From assembly GCA_016209325.1 (NCBI GenBank), contig JACQWJ010000036.1, positions 1 to 51,529 of the forward strand: a stretch of DNA of 51,529 nt, read 5' to 3'. Numbering within the stretch: position 1 is the stretch's first letter; each line of letters opens with the position of its first letter. The notes beneath the pieces were generated by a model, which was not told the origin of the DNA, did not search any database, and saw only the letters and a list, made by a program, of their open reading frames with translations. The translations under genes and the position numbers were made by a program. Of this stretch, positions 16,394 through 26,208 are shown in pieces. This stretch comes from Candidatus Uhrbacteria bacterium. GTDB lineage: Bacteria; Patescibacteriota; Patescibacteriia; UBA9934; GWF2-40-263.

Positions 16394-17755
16394 TCAGACC
16401 ACGTTCACCAGAGAGACAATCTCATCACGTTTCGCTTCCATGGTTTTCTGATCGACTGCCTCCAAGTTCACCCGCAGCAGCGACTCCGTATTTGACGCGC
16501 GCACGTTGAACCAGAAATCCGGATAGGTGATCGTGATGCCGTCCAATTCGCTGACAGTGCCCTCGGAAAAATGCGCCTTGATCCGCGCGAGGACCGCGTC
16601 CTTGTCCGCGACGCGGAAATTCAGCTCGCCGGAATGGGCGTAACGGCGGTAGGGGCGGATGAGGTCGGCAAGCGTTTTTTGCTGCCGGGTTATTTCCTGG
16701 AGGATCTGGACCGCGACGGTGACCGGGCCCTCGTAGACGCCCGTCGGGAAGGCGTAAAAGAAATGGCCCGAGGACTCGCCGCCGAAGACGGCATTGACTT
16801 CGCGCATGTGCTGCTTGATGAGGGAATGCCCGACTTTGGTGACCACTGGTTGGCCGCCGGCCTCGCGAATCATGTCTTCCGTAATCTTGCCGGGCCGGAT
16901 GTCGTAGCACACGGTCGCGCCCGGATGGTCGCGGAGGACGATCTGGGCGAGGAGGCCACGCAGGATCGCGGGAGGAACGATCTCGCCCTCGTTGTCGACG
17001 AAGAAAATACGATCCCCGTCGCCGTCGGTCGCGATCCCGATGTCAGCCTGCATCTCCAGAACGCTCTTCTGGAGGTCAGCCATGTTTTCTTCCTTGAGCG
17101 GGTCGGCTTCGTGATTCGGAAACCGACCGTCAAGGTCCCAATAGAGACGGGTCACGTCGGCCGGCACCTTCTCGAAGAGGGCTTCGAGATACTCCGCACC
17201 CATGCCATTGGCGGTATCTGCAACAATCCGAAAGCGATTGACGGGAGACACTCCGGCAACGGCGAGCTGAGACGCGACCGCATGCTCGGTCATGCCTGAA
17301 ACAGTCTGAACGGTTCCCGGGACGTCCGCGGGTGTGAAGGCGCCGCGCTCCACAAGATCGGCGATGTCCAGCATGCCGGTCGGGCCGCCGATCGGAACGG
17401 CACGGTCGCGCGTCAGCTTGAAGCCGTTGTAGGTTGCTGGATTGTGGGACGCCGAGACGACGATACCCCCGTCCGCTTCGAGATGGCCGACGGCGTCATA
17501 AAATGTAGGTGTGGAAACGAGGCCGATGTCGAGGACGTCGGTACCTCCTTCGGTCAGTCCCGCGATCAGACGCTCTGCGAGCTCTGGAGAGCTCTCCCGC
17601 ATGTCGCGACCGACAACGACGCGCAGGCGCTTGTCCGGCAGCTCGGCCTGGCGGAAGGCGGCATAGGCCTGGCCGAGCGAAAACGCCCCTTCCGGCGAAA
17701 TTTCGGTCCCCACGAGCCCCCGGATGTCATAGGCTTTGAACACGTGACACGGCAT
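16394..17755 (-). CDS. Phosphomannomutase/phosphoglucomutase
   Basis: FKAYDIRG, SASHNP, DGDGDR, GESSGH. Confidence 0.95.
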   Translation of the reverse strand: MPCHVFKAYDIRGLVGTEISPEGAFSLGQAYAAFRQAELPDKRLRVVVGRDMRESSPELAERLIAGLTEGGTDVLDIGLVSTPTFYDAVGHLEADGGIVVSASHNPATYNGFKLTRDRAVPIGGPTGMLDIADLVERGAFTPADVPGTVQTVSGMTEHAVASQLAVAGVSPVNRFRIVADTANGMGAEYLEALFEKVPADVTRLYWDLDGRFPNHEADPLKEENMADLQKSVLEMQADIGIATDGDGDRIFFVDNEGEIVPPAILRGLLAQIVLRDHPGATVCYDIRPGKITEDMIREAGGQPVVTKVGHSLIKQHMREVNAVFGGESSGHFFYAFPTGVYEGPVTVAVQILQEITRQQKTLADLIRPYRRYAHSGELNFRVADKDAVLARIKAHFSEGTVSELDGITITYPDFWFNVRASNTESLLRVNLEAVDQKTMEAKRDEIVSLVNVV

Positions 17756-17768
17756 GCGCATATGATGA

Positions 17769-17797
17769 TTGACGTTGGAAGCAAAATCCCCTAGGAT
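17769..17797 (+). promoter_or_regulatory. Sigma70 promoter for lemA-htpX-clpC
   Basis: TTGACG-17 nt-TAGGAT. Confidence 0.55.
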
Positions 17798-17839
17798 AAG
17801 ATCAGATTATTCTATAGAAAGAGCTATTTATTGTCACCT

Positions 17840-18394
17840 ATGTTCACGCCCTTGTGGATCGTCCTCGGAGCCGTCGCGCTCATTGCGATTTGGTTCGTTG
17901 CGACCTATAACCGCCTCATTCAGTCCCGGAACCGCGTGGACGAGGCCTGGTCCGACATCGAAGTGCAGATGAAGCGCCGCTACGATCTCATTCCGAACCT
18001 CGTCGACACCGTGAAGGGCTACACCAAGCATGAGGAGGGTGTGTTCACAAAAGTGACCGAAGCCCGCACGGCCGCCATGTCGGCCACCACCCCCGCAGAC
18101 CACGCCAAAGCTGAAAACATGCTGTCCTCTACGCTCAAGTCGCTGTTCGCGGTGGCCGAAGCCTACCCACAGCTCCAGGCTGTCCAAAGCTTCGTCGATC
18201 TCCAGCACAACCTGACCGACGCCGAGGACAAAATTCAGGCTGCACGCCGCTTCTACAACGCCAACATCCGCGACTTCAACACCATGCTCCAGGTCTTCCC
18301 GACGAATCTGATCGCGGGCATGTTCGGCTTCCTGAAGCGCGAATTCTACGACGCGCCCGACATCGTGAACGAGGCGCCGAAAGTCCAGTTCTAA
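17840..18394 (+). CDS. lemA: LemA family protein
   Basis: YNRL..AWSDIEVQMKRRYDLIPNLV, AEAYPQL, ARRFYN. Confidence 0.95.
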   Translation: MFTPLWIVLGAVALIAIWFVATYNRLIQSRNRVDEAWSDIEVQMKRRYDLIPNLVDTVKGYTKHEEGVFTKVTEARTAAMSATTPADHAKAENMLSSTLKSLFAVAEAYPQLQAVQSFVDLQHNLTDAEDKIQAARRFYNANIRDFNTMLQVFPTNLIAGMFGFLKREFYDAPDIVNEAPKVQF

Positions 18395-18435
18395 AATCTA
18401 TTTGGACCACGCGTTCTTCTTGAGATCTCGCAATC

Positions 18436-19338
18436 ATGTACTCCGAAATCACCGCCAACAAGCGCAAGACCTTCGGCCTCATGGCCGCGTTCATCCTCCT
18501 CGTCCTCGGCCTGGGCTGGGCGCTGGGGGAATATTTCGGCTCCCCGAGTGGAGGCCTCATCGCCGCCGGCGTCGTGGCGGCCGTCATGAACCTGATCGGG
18601 TACTTCCAAGGAGACAAGGTGGCGCTCGCGGCCTCGGGCGCCAAGCCGATCGAGCGGCGGGACAACCCCCAGCTCTACACCCTGGTCGAAAACCTGGCGA
18701 TCGCCTCGGGACTTCCGACCCCCAAGGTGTACGTCATCGCCGACCCGTCCCCGAATGCGTTCGCGACGGGACGGGATCCCTCCCATGCCTCGGTCGCGGT
18801 CACGACAGGGCTGCTTGAGATCATGGATCGCGCAGAATTGGAAGGCGTCCTGGCCCACGAGATGTCCCACGTGAAAAACTACGACATCCGCGTCATGACG
18901 ATCGTTGTGGTCCTCGTCGGAACCATTCTGCTCCTGTCCGACTGGCTGCTGCGCATGACCGTCTTCGGAGGGCGCCGCGACAGCGAGAAGTCGTCCGGCC
19001 AACTCGGAGTCATCCTCCTTGTCATTGGATTGGTGCTTGCGATTCTGTCTCCCCTGCTTGCCGAGCTCATCAAGCTCGCCGTCAGTCGGAGCCGGGAATA
19101 TCTCGCGGACGCCTCCGGGTCGCTTCTGACCCGCTACCCCGACGGCCTGGCTCGGGCGCTCGAAAAAATCGCGGCCCACGACCGGCCACTTCTCCGCGCC
19201 AACCACGCGACCGCCCACCTGTTTCTCGCCAACCCCTTCGACCCCCATGTGACGAAAAAGTTCGAGCAGTTGTTCAGCACCCACCCTCCGATCGAGGAGC
19301 GGATCGCCCGCCTGAAAAAGATGGGAACGACCGTATGA
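18436..19338 (+). CDS. htpX: Zinc metalloprotease HtpX (M48)
   Basis: PNAFATG, HEMSH, SRSREYLAD, STHPP. Confidence 0.95.
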   Translation: MYSEITANKRKTFGLMAAFILLVLGLGWALGEYFGSPSGGLIAAGVVAAVMNLIGYFQGDKVALAASGAKPIERRDNPQLYTLVENLAIASGLPTPKVYVIADPSPNAFATGRDPSHASVAVTTGLLEIMDRAELEGVLAHEMSHVKNYDIRVMTIVVVLVGTILLLSDWLLRMTVFGGRRDSEKSSGQLGVILLVIGLVLAILSPLLAELIKLAVSRSREYLADASGSLLTRYPDGLARALEKIAAHDRPLLRANHATAHLFLANPFDPHVTKKFEQLFSTHPPIEERIARLKKMGTTV

Positions 19339-21851
19339 TGCCCCATGAAATCGTAGAAAAATTCACAAGCCACCTGAAGAGCGTCCTCACCCGGGCGCTC
19401 TGCTTGGCCCTGGAAATGAAGCAGACCAATGTTCAGCCGGAGCACCTCCTGTGGGCGCTCGGGACGGAAAAAGGCTGCGTGGGAGCCGAAATCCTGCATA
19501 AGTGCCACGTGAAACCCGACGCCCTGCGGCGCCTAGCAGGAACAGCACCGGAACGGCAGAGCGCGCGCCTGCCTCGGCCGGAACGGATCGAAAACCCGTC
19601 CCTGTCCCCGGCGGCGAGACGCACGCTCGAAAAAGCCGTCCTGTCGGCCACACATCACGCGCACGCCTACGTGGGAACCGAGCACCTCCTGTCCGGGCTC
19701 CTCGCGGTCAAGGACCGGAGGCTCGAAACGTTCTTCGCGCGAGAGCAGGTGAGCCAAAAGGCTATGGACGAACATCTGAACGTGGTCCTGAGGAGCGTGT
19801 CCAAGTTTCCCGAGCTGGCGCGGACTATGGGCGAACCAACGACGGGGGTCCGGAACCTCCCGGAACAGCGCGAAGAAGGCGAGACGGATGCGGAAGGGGA
19901 CAGACAGAAGACCCCGGCCCTGGACTATTTCGGCCGTGACCTCACGGCCGCCGCACGGGGAGGGCACATCGACCCCCTCGTCGGCCGCGACGCGGAGCTC
20001 CGCCGGGTGACCGAAATCCTGTGCCGGCGCACCAAGAACAACCCACTCCTCCTCGGGGAGCCGGGAGTCGGAAAGACGGCCATCGTCGAGGGACTCGCCC
20101 TCCGGATTACCGAAGGCTCCGTCCCGTCCGCGCTCCAGGGGCGGCGCGTCGTGGCCCTCGACCTCGGGCTCGCAGTGGCGGGCACCATGTACCGGGGCGA
20201 GTTCGAGGCGCGCCTGCACCAGATCATCGAGGAGGCACGCGCGCATCCCGAGGTCATCCTGTTCGTCGATGAGGTACACACGATCGTCGGGGCCGGCTCG
20301 GCTTCCGGCTCGATCGACGCGGCCAACATGCTGAAACCGGCGCTCGCGCGGGGCGAGATCCGCTGCATCGGCGCGACGACGCTGGCCGAGTATCGTAAGC
20401 ACGTAGAACCGGACGCGGCCCTCGAGCGCCGTTTCCAACCCGTCATGGTGGCCGAGCCGCGTCCGGACGAGGCCGTGCGCATCCTGGAGGGCCTGGCCGC
20501 AACCTACGAGCGCTTCCACGGCGTCGCGATCGAACCTGCCGCCCTGCGCGCGGCTGTTGACCTGGCGGTTCGTTACCTGCCCGACAAGCGCCTGCCCGAC
20601 AAGGCCATCGACCTCCTCGACGAGACGGCTTCCGCTGTGCGTATCCGGACCGGGGGCGGGTCGTCCGCTGACCGGGAGCGAGAAGTTGCGCGCGAGCTCC
20701 AGCGGCTGCGCGAAGCCAAGCAGGCCGCCGTGGCCGCCGAACGGTACGAGGAAGCCCTAAAGCTACGCGAAGAGGAACGGGAACGTCAGGAGGAGCTCGC
20801 GCGCCTACGCGCTTCCGCCGTGCCGGCCGCCGCGCTCCCCCTGACCGCCGAAGACGTGCGGCAAACCGTCGCCCGCCTGACCCGCCTGCCGCTCGCCGCT
20901 CTCGAGGAAAACGCACGAGCCACGCTCCTCTTCCTGGAGCGGGACTTGAACGCCCGAATCGCGGGACAGGAGGCGGCCGTCCGCCAGGTGGCCGAAGCCG
21001 TACAACGGGCCTCGACCGGCGTTGGGAATCCCCGCCGGCCGTGGACGTCGCTCCTGTTCGTTGGCCCTTCCGGTGTGGGCAAGACCGAGCTGGCCCGGGC
21101 CGCGGCCGAGGCCGTCTTTGGCGACCCGAAGGCACTCGTGCGCCTCGACATGTCCGAATTTGGCGAAAGCCATAGTGCCTCGAAGCTCCTCGGATCCCCC
21201 GCCGGTTACGTGGGATACCGCGAGTCGACGAAACTCGCCGACCAGCTCCGGCAGCGTCCGGCGAGCGTGGTCCTATTTGACGAGCTCGAAAAGGCCCACC
21301 CCGACGTGCAGCAGCTCCTCCTCCAAATCCTCGAGGAAGGCGAGCTGACCGACGGCGCGGGAAGCCGCATGAGCTTCCGCCACGCCCTGGTCATCCTGAC
21401 CTCGAACGTCGGATCCGAACGGCTCGAGGGGACGCGCCTCGGTTTTTCGGCGGGAGCGGAGAGTGGCGGGTCGCATCTTCGAGAAGATCTGCGACAGGCG
21501 CTCGAGGAACGGTTCCGTCCGGAACTGGTGAACCGGCTCGACTACGTCTGCGTCTTCGAGCCGCTGACCGAGACGGCCCTGCGGGCGATTGCCGCGCGCC
21601 AGCTCGACGAACTGCGGGACCGCCTGGCGGAGCGGGGGACGGTCTTGTTGTGGGAGCCTTCCGTGGTCCAGGCGATCGCAGCGCGCGCCGCGTTGAGCAA
21701 GCTGCGGGCGCGTGAAATCCGGACGAGCATCCAGTCTCAGATCGAACCTCTCCTCGCCCGACACCTGCTTGAGCATTCAGGCCATGAGTCTATCCACGTC
21801 GCCTGGAAGGACAACGCGTTCTGTCTTTTGACCGAGAACGCGACTTCCTAA
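19335..21851 (+). CDS. clpC: ClpC-like AAA+ chaperone
   Basis: Clp-N repeats, GEPGVGKT, UVR-like middle coil, GPSGVGKT, LGF ClpP-docking loop. Confidence 0.88.
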   Translation: MMPHEIVEKFTSHLKSVLTRALCLALEMKQTNVQPEHLLWALGTEKGCVGAEILHKCHVKPDALRRLAGTAPERQSARLPRPERIENPSLSPAARRTLEKAVLSATHHAHAYVGTEHLLSGLLAVKDRRLETFFAREQVSQKAMDEHLNVVLRSVSKFPELARTMGEPTTGVRNLPEQREEGETDAEGDRQKTPALDYFGRDLTAAARGGHIDPLVGRDAELRRVTEILCRRTKNNPLLLGEPGVGKTAIVEGLALRITEGSVPSALQGRRVVALDLGLAVAGTMYRGEFEARLHQIIEEARAHPEVILFVDEVHTIVGAGSASGSIDAANMLKPALARGEIRCIGATTLAEYRKHVEPDAALERRFQPVMVAEPRPDEAVRILEGLAATYERFHGVAIEPAALRAAVDLAVRYLPDKRLPDKAIDLLDETASAVRIRTGGGSSADREREVARELQRLREAKQAAVAAERYEEALKLREEERERQEELARLRASAVPAAALPLTAEDVRQTVARLTRLPLAALEENARATLLFLERDLNARIAGQEAAVRQVAEAVQRASTGVGNPRRPWTSLLFVGPSGVGKTELARAAAEAVFGDPKALVRLDMSEFGESHSASKLLGSPAGYVGYRESTKLADQLRQRPASVVLFDELEKAHPDVQQLLLQILEEGELTDGAGSRMSFRHALVILTSNVGSERLEGTRLGFSAGAESGGSHLREDLRQALEERFRPELVNRLDYVCVFEPLTETALRAIAARQLDELRDRLAERGTVLLWEPSVVQAIAARAALSKLRAREIRTSIQSQIEPLLARHLLEHSGHESIHVAWKDNAFCLLTENATS

Positions 21852-21897
21852 GCCGCTTAAATCGACATGCCGTGCTCCCGCATGGCCACGTTCGTCT

Positions 21898-22959
21898 ATG
21901 GAGGCTGCCAATCCGACATACTCGTCCCTGCCCGCGCGCAGGCCCGCTCCCCCGCCGTCTCCCCGCTCCCTGTCGGAGGCGGGAGCGCAGACGCACGCGC
22001 GGATCGCGGCCAAGGGCCTGGAAACCGAATCGGCATGGGTCGGTCGTCTACGGCACGCCACGGCCCAAGAGCGGCTGACGAAGCCGTCTCCGGCGGCATC
22101 GGTCCCTGCTTCCCCGCGCGGCCTGCGCGGAGTGGCGAGCCAGGCGTTCACCCAACGGATGGCCGCGGTGCCGGACGGCGTTCCCGTCGAAGGACAGCGG
22201 CAGCTGCAGGAGAACGTGCTGCGTGAGCGCCTCCAGGCCAGCCGGCTGACGACCCAAAAACATCCCCCTCTCTCCCCCTTGTCATTCAATCCGGCTGCGG
22301 CCAACGCCAACTTGGGACGTATCCGGGCCGCGCGAAAAAACCCGGAGACCACTCCCGAAGACGCGGAACTTCTGGAAGAGGCAGAAGCGTCACCCGAGCA
22401 GGGGATCGCGCGCCAGCTGGCCTTTCGCCTGTCCCTCCGGCGCCAGCAGCAGATGGACCGCATGCGCGCCCTAACGGGGCAAAGCGAGGAGGACAAGGCG
22501 AAAGCCGAGCTGCAAAAACAGGTACGCAAAGCCGCCAAGGCGGCCATTCGGCGCGGCGTCCAGTATCTCTTCACCTCGATCGCGAACGTCCTCACGGTCG
22601 GAACCGCCGGAGTCGCGATCGTCGTCACAATTTTCATCTACGCCTTTTCGCTTCTCGACCTCAACATCCAGATGATTTGGGGGTATTATATTACCAAGAA
22701 AAAAAGCCTGTTCTTCCCGCCCCTCGAATGGGCCCCCCTACCCATCCCGCTGCCTGACATCGTTCTGCACGCGCTCGTGGTGTTCGTCGACATCGCTCTC
22801 TTTCTGGGACTGATGGCGGTCGGTATCAGTATGTTCATCATGCTGTTCGGACCCATGCTTGCCGCACTCCTCGGACCGGCAGCTGCCCTCACGCTGTTTA
22901 CCAATCCAGCCTTCCTGAATATCATGTCGAACGTGGCGGCAAACGTCATTGCATTCTAA
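21898..22959 (+). CDS. Hypothetical protein, disordered N-terminus and C-terminal TM helices
   Basis: 353-aa ORF in operon-like context; hydrophobic C-terminal segments. Confidence 0.7.
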   Translation: MEAANPTYSSLPARRPAPPPSPRSLSEAGAQTHARIAAKGLETESAWVGRLRHATAQERLTKPSPAASVPASPRGLRGVASQAFTQRMAAVPDGVPVEGQRQLQENVLRERLQASRLTTQKHPPLSPLSFNPAAANANLGRIRAARKNPETTPEDAELLEEAEASPEQGIARQLAFRLSLRRQQQMDRMRALTGQSEEDKAKAELQKQVRKAAKAAIRRGVQYLFTSIANVLTVGTAGVAIVVTIFIYAFSLLDLNIQMIWGYYITKKKSLFFPPLEWAPLPIPLPDIVLHALVVFVDIALFLGLMAVGISMFIMLFGPMLAALLGPAAALTLFTNPAFLNIMSNVAANVIAF

Positions 22960-22966
22960 CGCGAGT

Positions 22967-24193
22967 ATGACAGAACGCACCAAAAAAATCCTGGCGATCC
23001 TCGCCTTCCTCGCTTCCGTGGTGGGCATCGGTACCGCCCTCTATGTTCTGTTTTTCGCGCCAGCTCAGGAACCGCCAGCCCCGACCGTCGGGGAGGAAGC
23101 CTTCGGGGAAGGCGGTTTGCCCACGGCGGGCCTCGGCGACTTTGTTGCCATCGAATCCGACAACGGCGGACAAGGAACGGTCCTCCCTCCTGCGGACGAA
23201 ATCGCCCGGGGCGGACTGACGAAGACGACGATTCTGACCGCCGCGCCCGTTACGTCGATCGGAGGTTCGGACGGGGGAACGGACGTCAACTACTACGATC
23301 CGGCCGACGGGCGCTTTTATGCGACCGACGCCGACGGCAATGTACATGCACTATCTCCGGAGAAATTCCCCGCCGTTTCTTCGGTCGCTTGGAACGGGGA
23401 AGGAAATAAGGCTGTACTGGAATTTCCGGATGGCTCGAACGTCGTCTACGACTTTGAAAACGAGCGGCAGGTGACCCTTCCCAAACACTGGGAGGAGTTC
23501 GCGTTCTCCCCCGTCTCCGACCGCATCATGGCAAAGAGCCTCAGCATCGATCCCGGTAACCGCGCCCTCGTCGTCTCAAACGCTGACGGCTCGAATGCGC
23601 GTGCGGTCCAGGCGCTCGGGGAAAACGCCGACAAGGTCCAAGTGAATCCCTCGCCCAATCGCCAAGTCATCGCCTTTTCGGACACCGGGGAGGCACAAGC
23701 CGGGTTCGGACGCAGCATGATCCTCCCGCTCGGGGAAAACCAGGAAAACTTCAAAGGTTTGATCGTCGAAGGTCTCAACTTCCAGCCGCTCTGGAACCCA
23801 CGGGGAGACGTGCTTGTGTATTCGGTGGCAGGGGAAACAAGCGGGTACAAACCGCTCCTGTGGGCCGTGGACGGTTCCCCGAACCAACTCGGCAACAACC
23901 GTCGGAGCCTTGGCGTCTATACCTGGGCCGACAAGTGCGCGTTTGCGGACCAGACTGTCCTTTACTGCGCGGCTCCGCCCGACCTGCCGGAAAACGCGGG
24001 ACTGCAGCCCGTCCTGGCCGCCTCCCTTCCAGACGTCCTGTACCGCATCGAGCTCGACATCGGACGCGCGACGGTCGCCGCCCGACCCGCGACGGACACG
24101 ACGATGCGAAACCTGCGCGTGGCGTCCGACGGGTCGGTCCTGTATTTTCAAAACGCTCTGACCGGCCGCTTGGAGGCCATTCGACTCAAGTGA
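22967..24193 (+). CDS. Membrane-anchored beta-propeller (TolB/WD40-like) protein
   Basis: N-terminal TM, repeated W(N/S)P/FSP-type blade motifs. Confidence 0.75.
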   Translation: MTERTKKILAILAFLASVVGIGTALYVLFFAPAQEPPAPTVGEEAFGEGGLPTAGLGDFVAIESDNGGQGTVLPPADEIARGGLTKTTILTAAPVTSIGGSDGGTDVNYYDPADGRFYATDADGNVHALSPEKFPAVSSVAWNGEGNKAVLEFPDGSNVVYDFENERQVTLPKHWEEFAFSPVSDRIMAKSLSIDPGNRALVVSNADGSNARAVQALGENADKVQVNPSPNRQVIAFSDTGEAQAGFGRSMILPLGENQENFKGLIVEGLNFQPLWNPRGDVLVYSVAGETSGYKPLLWAVDGSPNQLGNNRRSLGVYTWADKCAFADQTVLYCAAPPDLPENAGLQPVLAASLPDVLYRIELDIGRATVAARPATDTTMRNLRVASDGSVLYFQNALTGRLEAIRLK

Positions 24194-24194
24194 T

Positions 24195-24857
24195 ATGCAA
24201 CACCGCTGGCTTACCCTCTTTAGCATCGGATTTTTGGCGGTCATCGTCTTCGCGCTGTTCTTTTTGCGCCTCCAGCCCGTACGACCCCGCTTCGCGCAAA
24301 CCGCGCAGCCGACGGAAACGGCCGTGACAACGGAACCAAGTGTGCATGTCCGGAATCCGGCCAAAGGAGCGAAGGAACCGCGCGTGACGCTGGTGGAATT
24401 CGGCGACTTCCAGTGCATGCCCTGCAAGGACATGGCCGAATCCATCGACGTACTCCTCAGAACGATTCCCGAAGTTCGCATGGTCTGGAAAAATATGCCA
24501 AACGAGTCTGCCCACCCGCTCGCGACCCCAACGGCAATCGCAGCCCACTGCGCGGCGGACCAGGGAAAATTCTGGGACTACCACGATGCCCTGTATGCAC
24601 AACAAGCCACACTGTCGGAATCTCTCTTCCCTTCTCTCGCAAAAGAACTGGGGCTCGATATGAAACGGTTTGAACAGTGCTACGCCAACCGCGACCCGCT
24701 TCCCTTGATCAAGAAAGACTTTGAAGAAGCCTTGGCTCTCCAACTGAGCGCGACGCCGACCATCTTCATCGGCGAGGAACGCATCGTTGGACTTGCGTCC
24801 GCGGAGGAACTCATAACCGCAGTGCGCCAGGTACTCGCTTCACAGCCCGCCTTATGA
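24195..24857 (+). CDS. DsbA/BdbD-like thiol-disulfide oxidoreductase
   Basis: EFGDFQCMPC, AAHCAADQGKFW, TPTIFI; N-terminal TM. Confidence 0.92.
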   Translation: MQHRWLTLFSIGFLAVIVFALFFLRLQPVRPRFAQTAQPTETAVTTEPSVHVRNPAKGAKEPRVTLVEFGDFQCMPCKDMAESIDVLLRTIPEVRMVWKNMPNESAHPLATPTAIAAHCAADQGKFWDYHDALYAQQATLSESLFPSLAKELGLDMKRFEQCYANRDPLPLIKKDFEEALALQLSATPTIFIGEERIVGLASAEELITAVRQVLASQPAL

Positions 24858-26143
24858 AGCGCCTAGCCGTCCTCATCGGACTTCTCCTCACGCTGACGAC
24901 GGTTGGCTTCGAAACGCGCATGGCCCAGGCCGGCAGCTGCGTCTGCTCCGATAAACAGGACGCTTGCCAGGTGTTGACGTCCGCGAGCACCGAGTCCTGC
25001 GACCTCGTTTGCCGGAGCAGCCTCGGAGCTGCCTTCGGCTCGAGCGCCTATTCGGAGCCCACGACGGCCGGCGCGGAGCAGTTAAAGTCCGCGTGCGCGG
25101 CGGCGACCGAGAAGGCAGGGGAGAAAACGGTCGAGCAGGGCACCTACCAGAAGCCCGTTCTCGGTGTTAACATTCCAACCATCTCGTTTTCCGACGCCAC
25201 AAAGGACGGGCGGTTCCTGAAAATCAACTTCCTCGCCGAATACGTCACGGGCGCGTACCGCTTCATGCTTTCGGTCGGATTCACGATTGCCGTCATCATC
25301 CTCATGGTGGGCGGCTTCCAATACGTCCTCCACTGGGACGTCGCCAAGGCCAAGAAGCGGATGACGGAAGCGCTGATCGGTCTCGTGCTCCTCATGTCCG
25401 TCACAATTCTCCTGTACGCGGTCAATCCCCAACTCATCCTGTTCAAGCCGCTCAGCATCGAGCACATCGACGAACTTCGGCTTTCAACGGCGACGGACGG
25501 AGAAGAAGGCGGCGGAACGCGGTCGAACAACCTCAGCGATTTGCCCGCCCAGTGCAAGGACGTGGTCACAGAAGCCAAGACGGAAGGCAAGTGCGATATG
25601 ACAAACGGCGCGAAGTTCAGCTCACCCACCGGGAAAGGACCGAATTGCGGCAAGCACCACTGGCAGGACGGAGGTGCCGAGTGGGATTACAAAAAGATCA
25701 CGAACCTCGACTACGCGGCCGGCTGGGGACAGGCGATCATAGCCCCATTTGACGGCGTCGTGACCTACGCCAAGCAGACCGACGCGACGAACCGCTGCGG
25801 GAACAGGATTTATCTCAAGGGCAGCGGGGCGGACATCACCATCTGCCACGCCAAAGACTTCCTCGACGGATCGAACAGCTACCAGGGCGCGCATGTCGTA
25901 AAGGCGGGGGACGTCCTCGGGCACATCGGCGGCAACTGCTGCCAGGGAGAAAACCCGCCTGGAGACTGGGCGGCTGCCAAGGGAGGCTGGTGCAAGAAAC
26001 CCGGTCCCGCCTGTTCCGATCCGACCAAGGCAGAAAGCTGCAACTGTCAGCCGATCGAGCAGGCCGGCAACACCTCGGGCCCGCACGTCCACGTGACCTG
26101 GAATCCCGTAGGGGGGAATCTCCTCGCCTGCCTTGCCGATTAA
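24854..26143 (+). CDS. Cys-rich pilin-like (TrbC/VirB2-type, CPR) membrane protein fused to M23 peptidase-like domain
   Basis: Signal, GGFQY..AKKRM..ALIGLVL..ILLYAVNPQL pilin motif; APFDGVV, GN, VKAGDVLGHIG, GNTSGPHVH. Confidence 0.75.
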   Translation: MKRLAVLIGLLLTLTTVGFETRMAQAGSCVCSDKQDACQVLTSASTESCDLVCRSSLGAAFGSSAYSEPTTAGAEQLKSACAAATEKAGEKTVEQGTYQKPVLGVNIPTISFSDATKDGRFLKINFLAEYVTGAYRFMLSVGFTIAVIILMVGGFQYVLHWDVAKAKKRMTEALIGLVLLMSVTILLYAVNPQLILFKPLSIEHIDELRLSTATDGEEGGGTRSNNLSDLPAQCKDVVTEAKTEGKCDMTNGAKFSSPTGKGPNCGKHHWQDGGAEWDYKKITNLDYAAGWGQAIIAPFDGVVTYAKQTDATNRCGNRIYLKGSGADITICHAKDFLDGSNSYQGAHVVKAGDVLGHIGGNCCQGENPPGDWAAAKGGWCKKPGPACSDPTKAESCNCQPIEQAGNTSGPHVHVTWNPVGGNLLACLAD

Positions 26144-26159
26144 CTGCTGAAAAAAAAAC

Positions 26160-26185
26160 GCCGGGACCCGTTTCCCGGCTTTTTT
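26160..26185 (+). terminator. Intrinsic terminator
   Basis: GCCGGGA-cccgtt-TCCCGGC-TTTTTT, with A-tract upstream (possibly bidirectional). Confidence 0.7.
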
Positions 26186-26208
26186 GATCGTGGTAGGATG
26201 CCCGGCAT

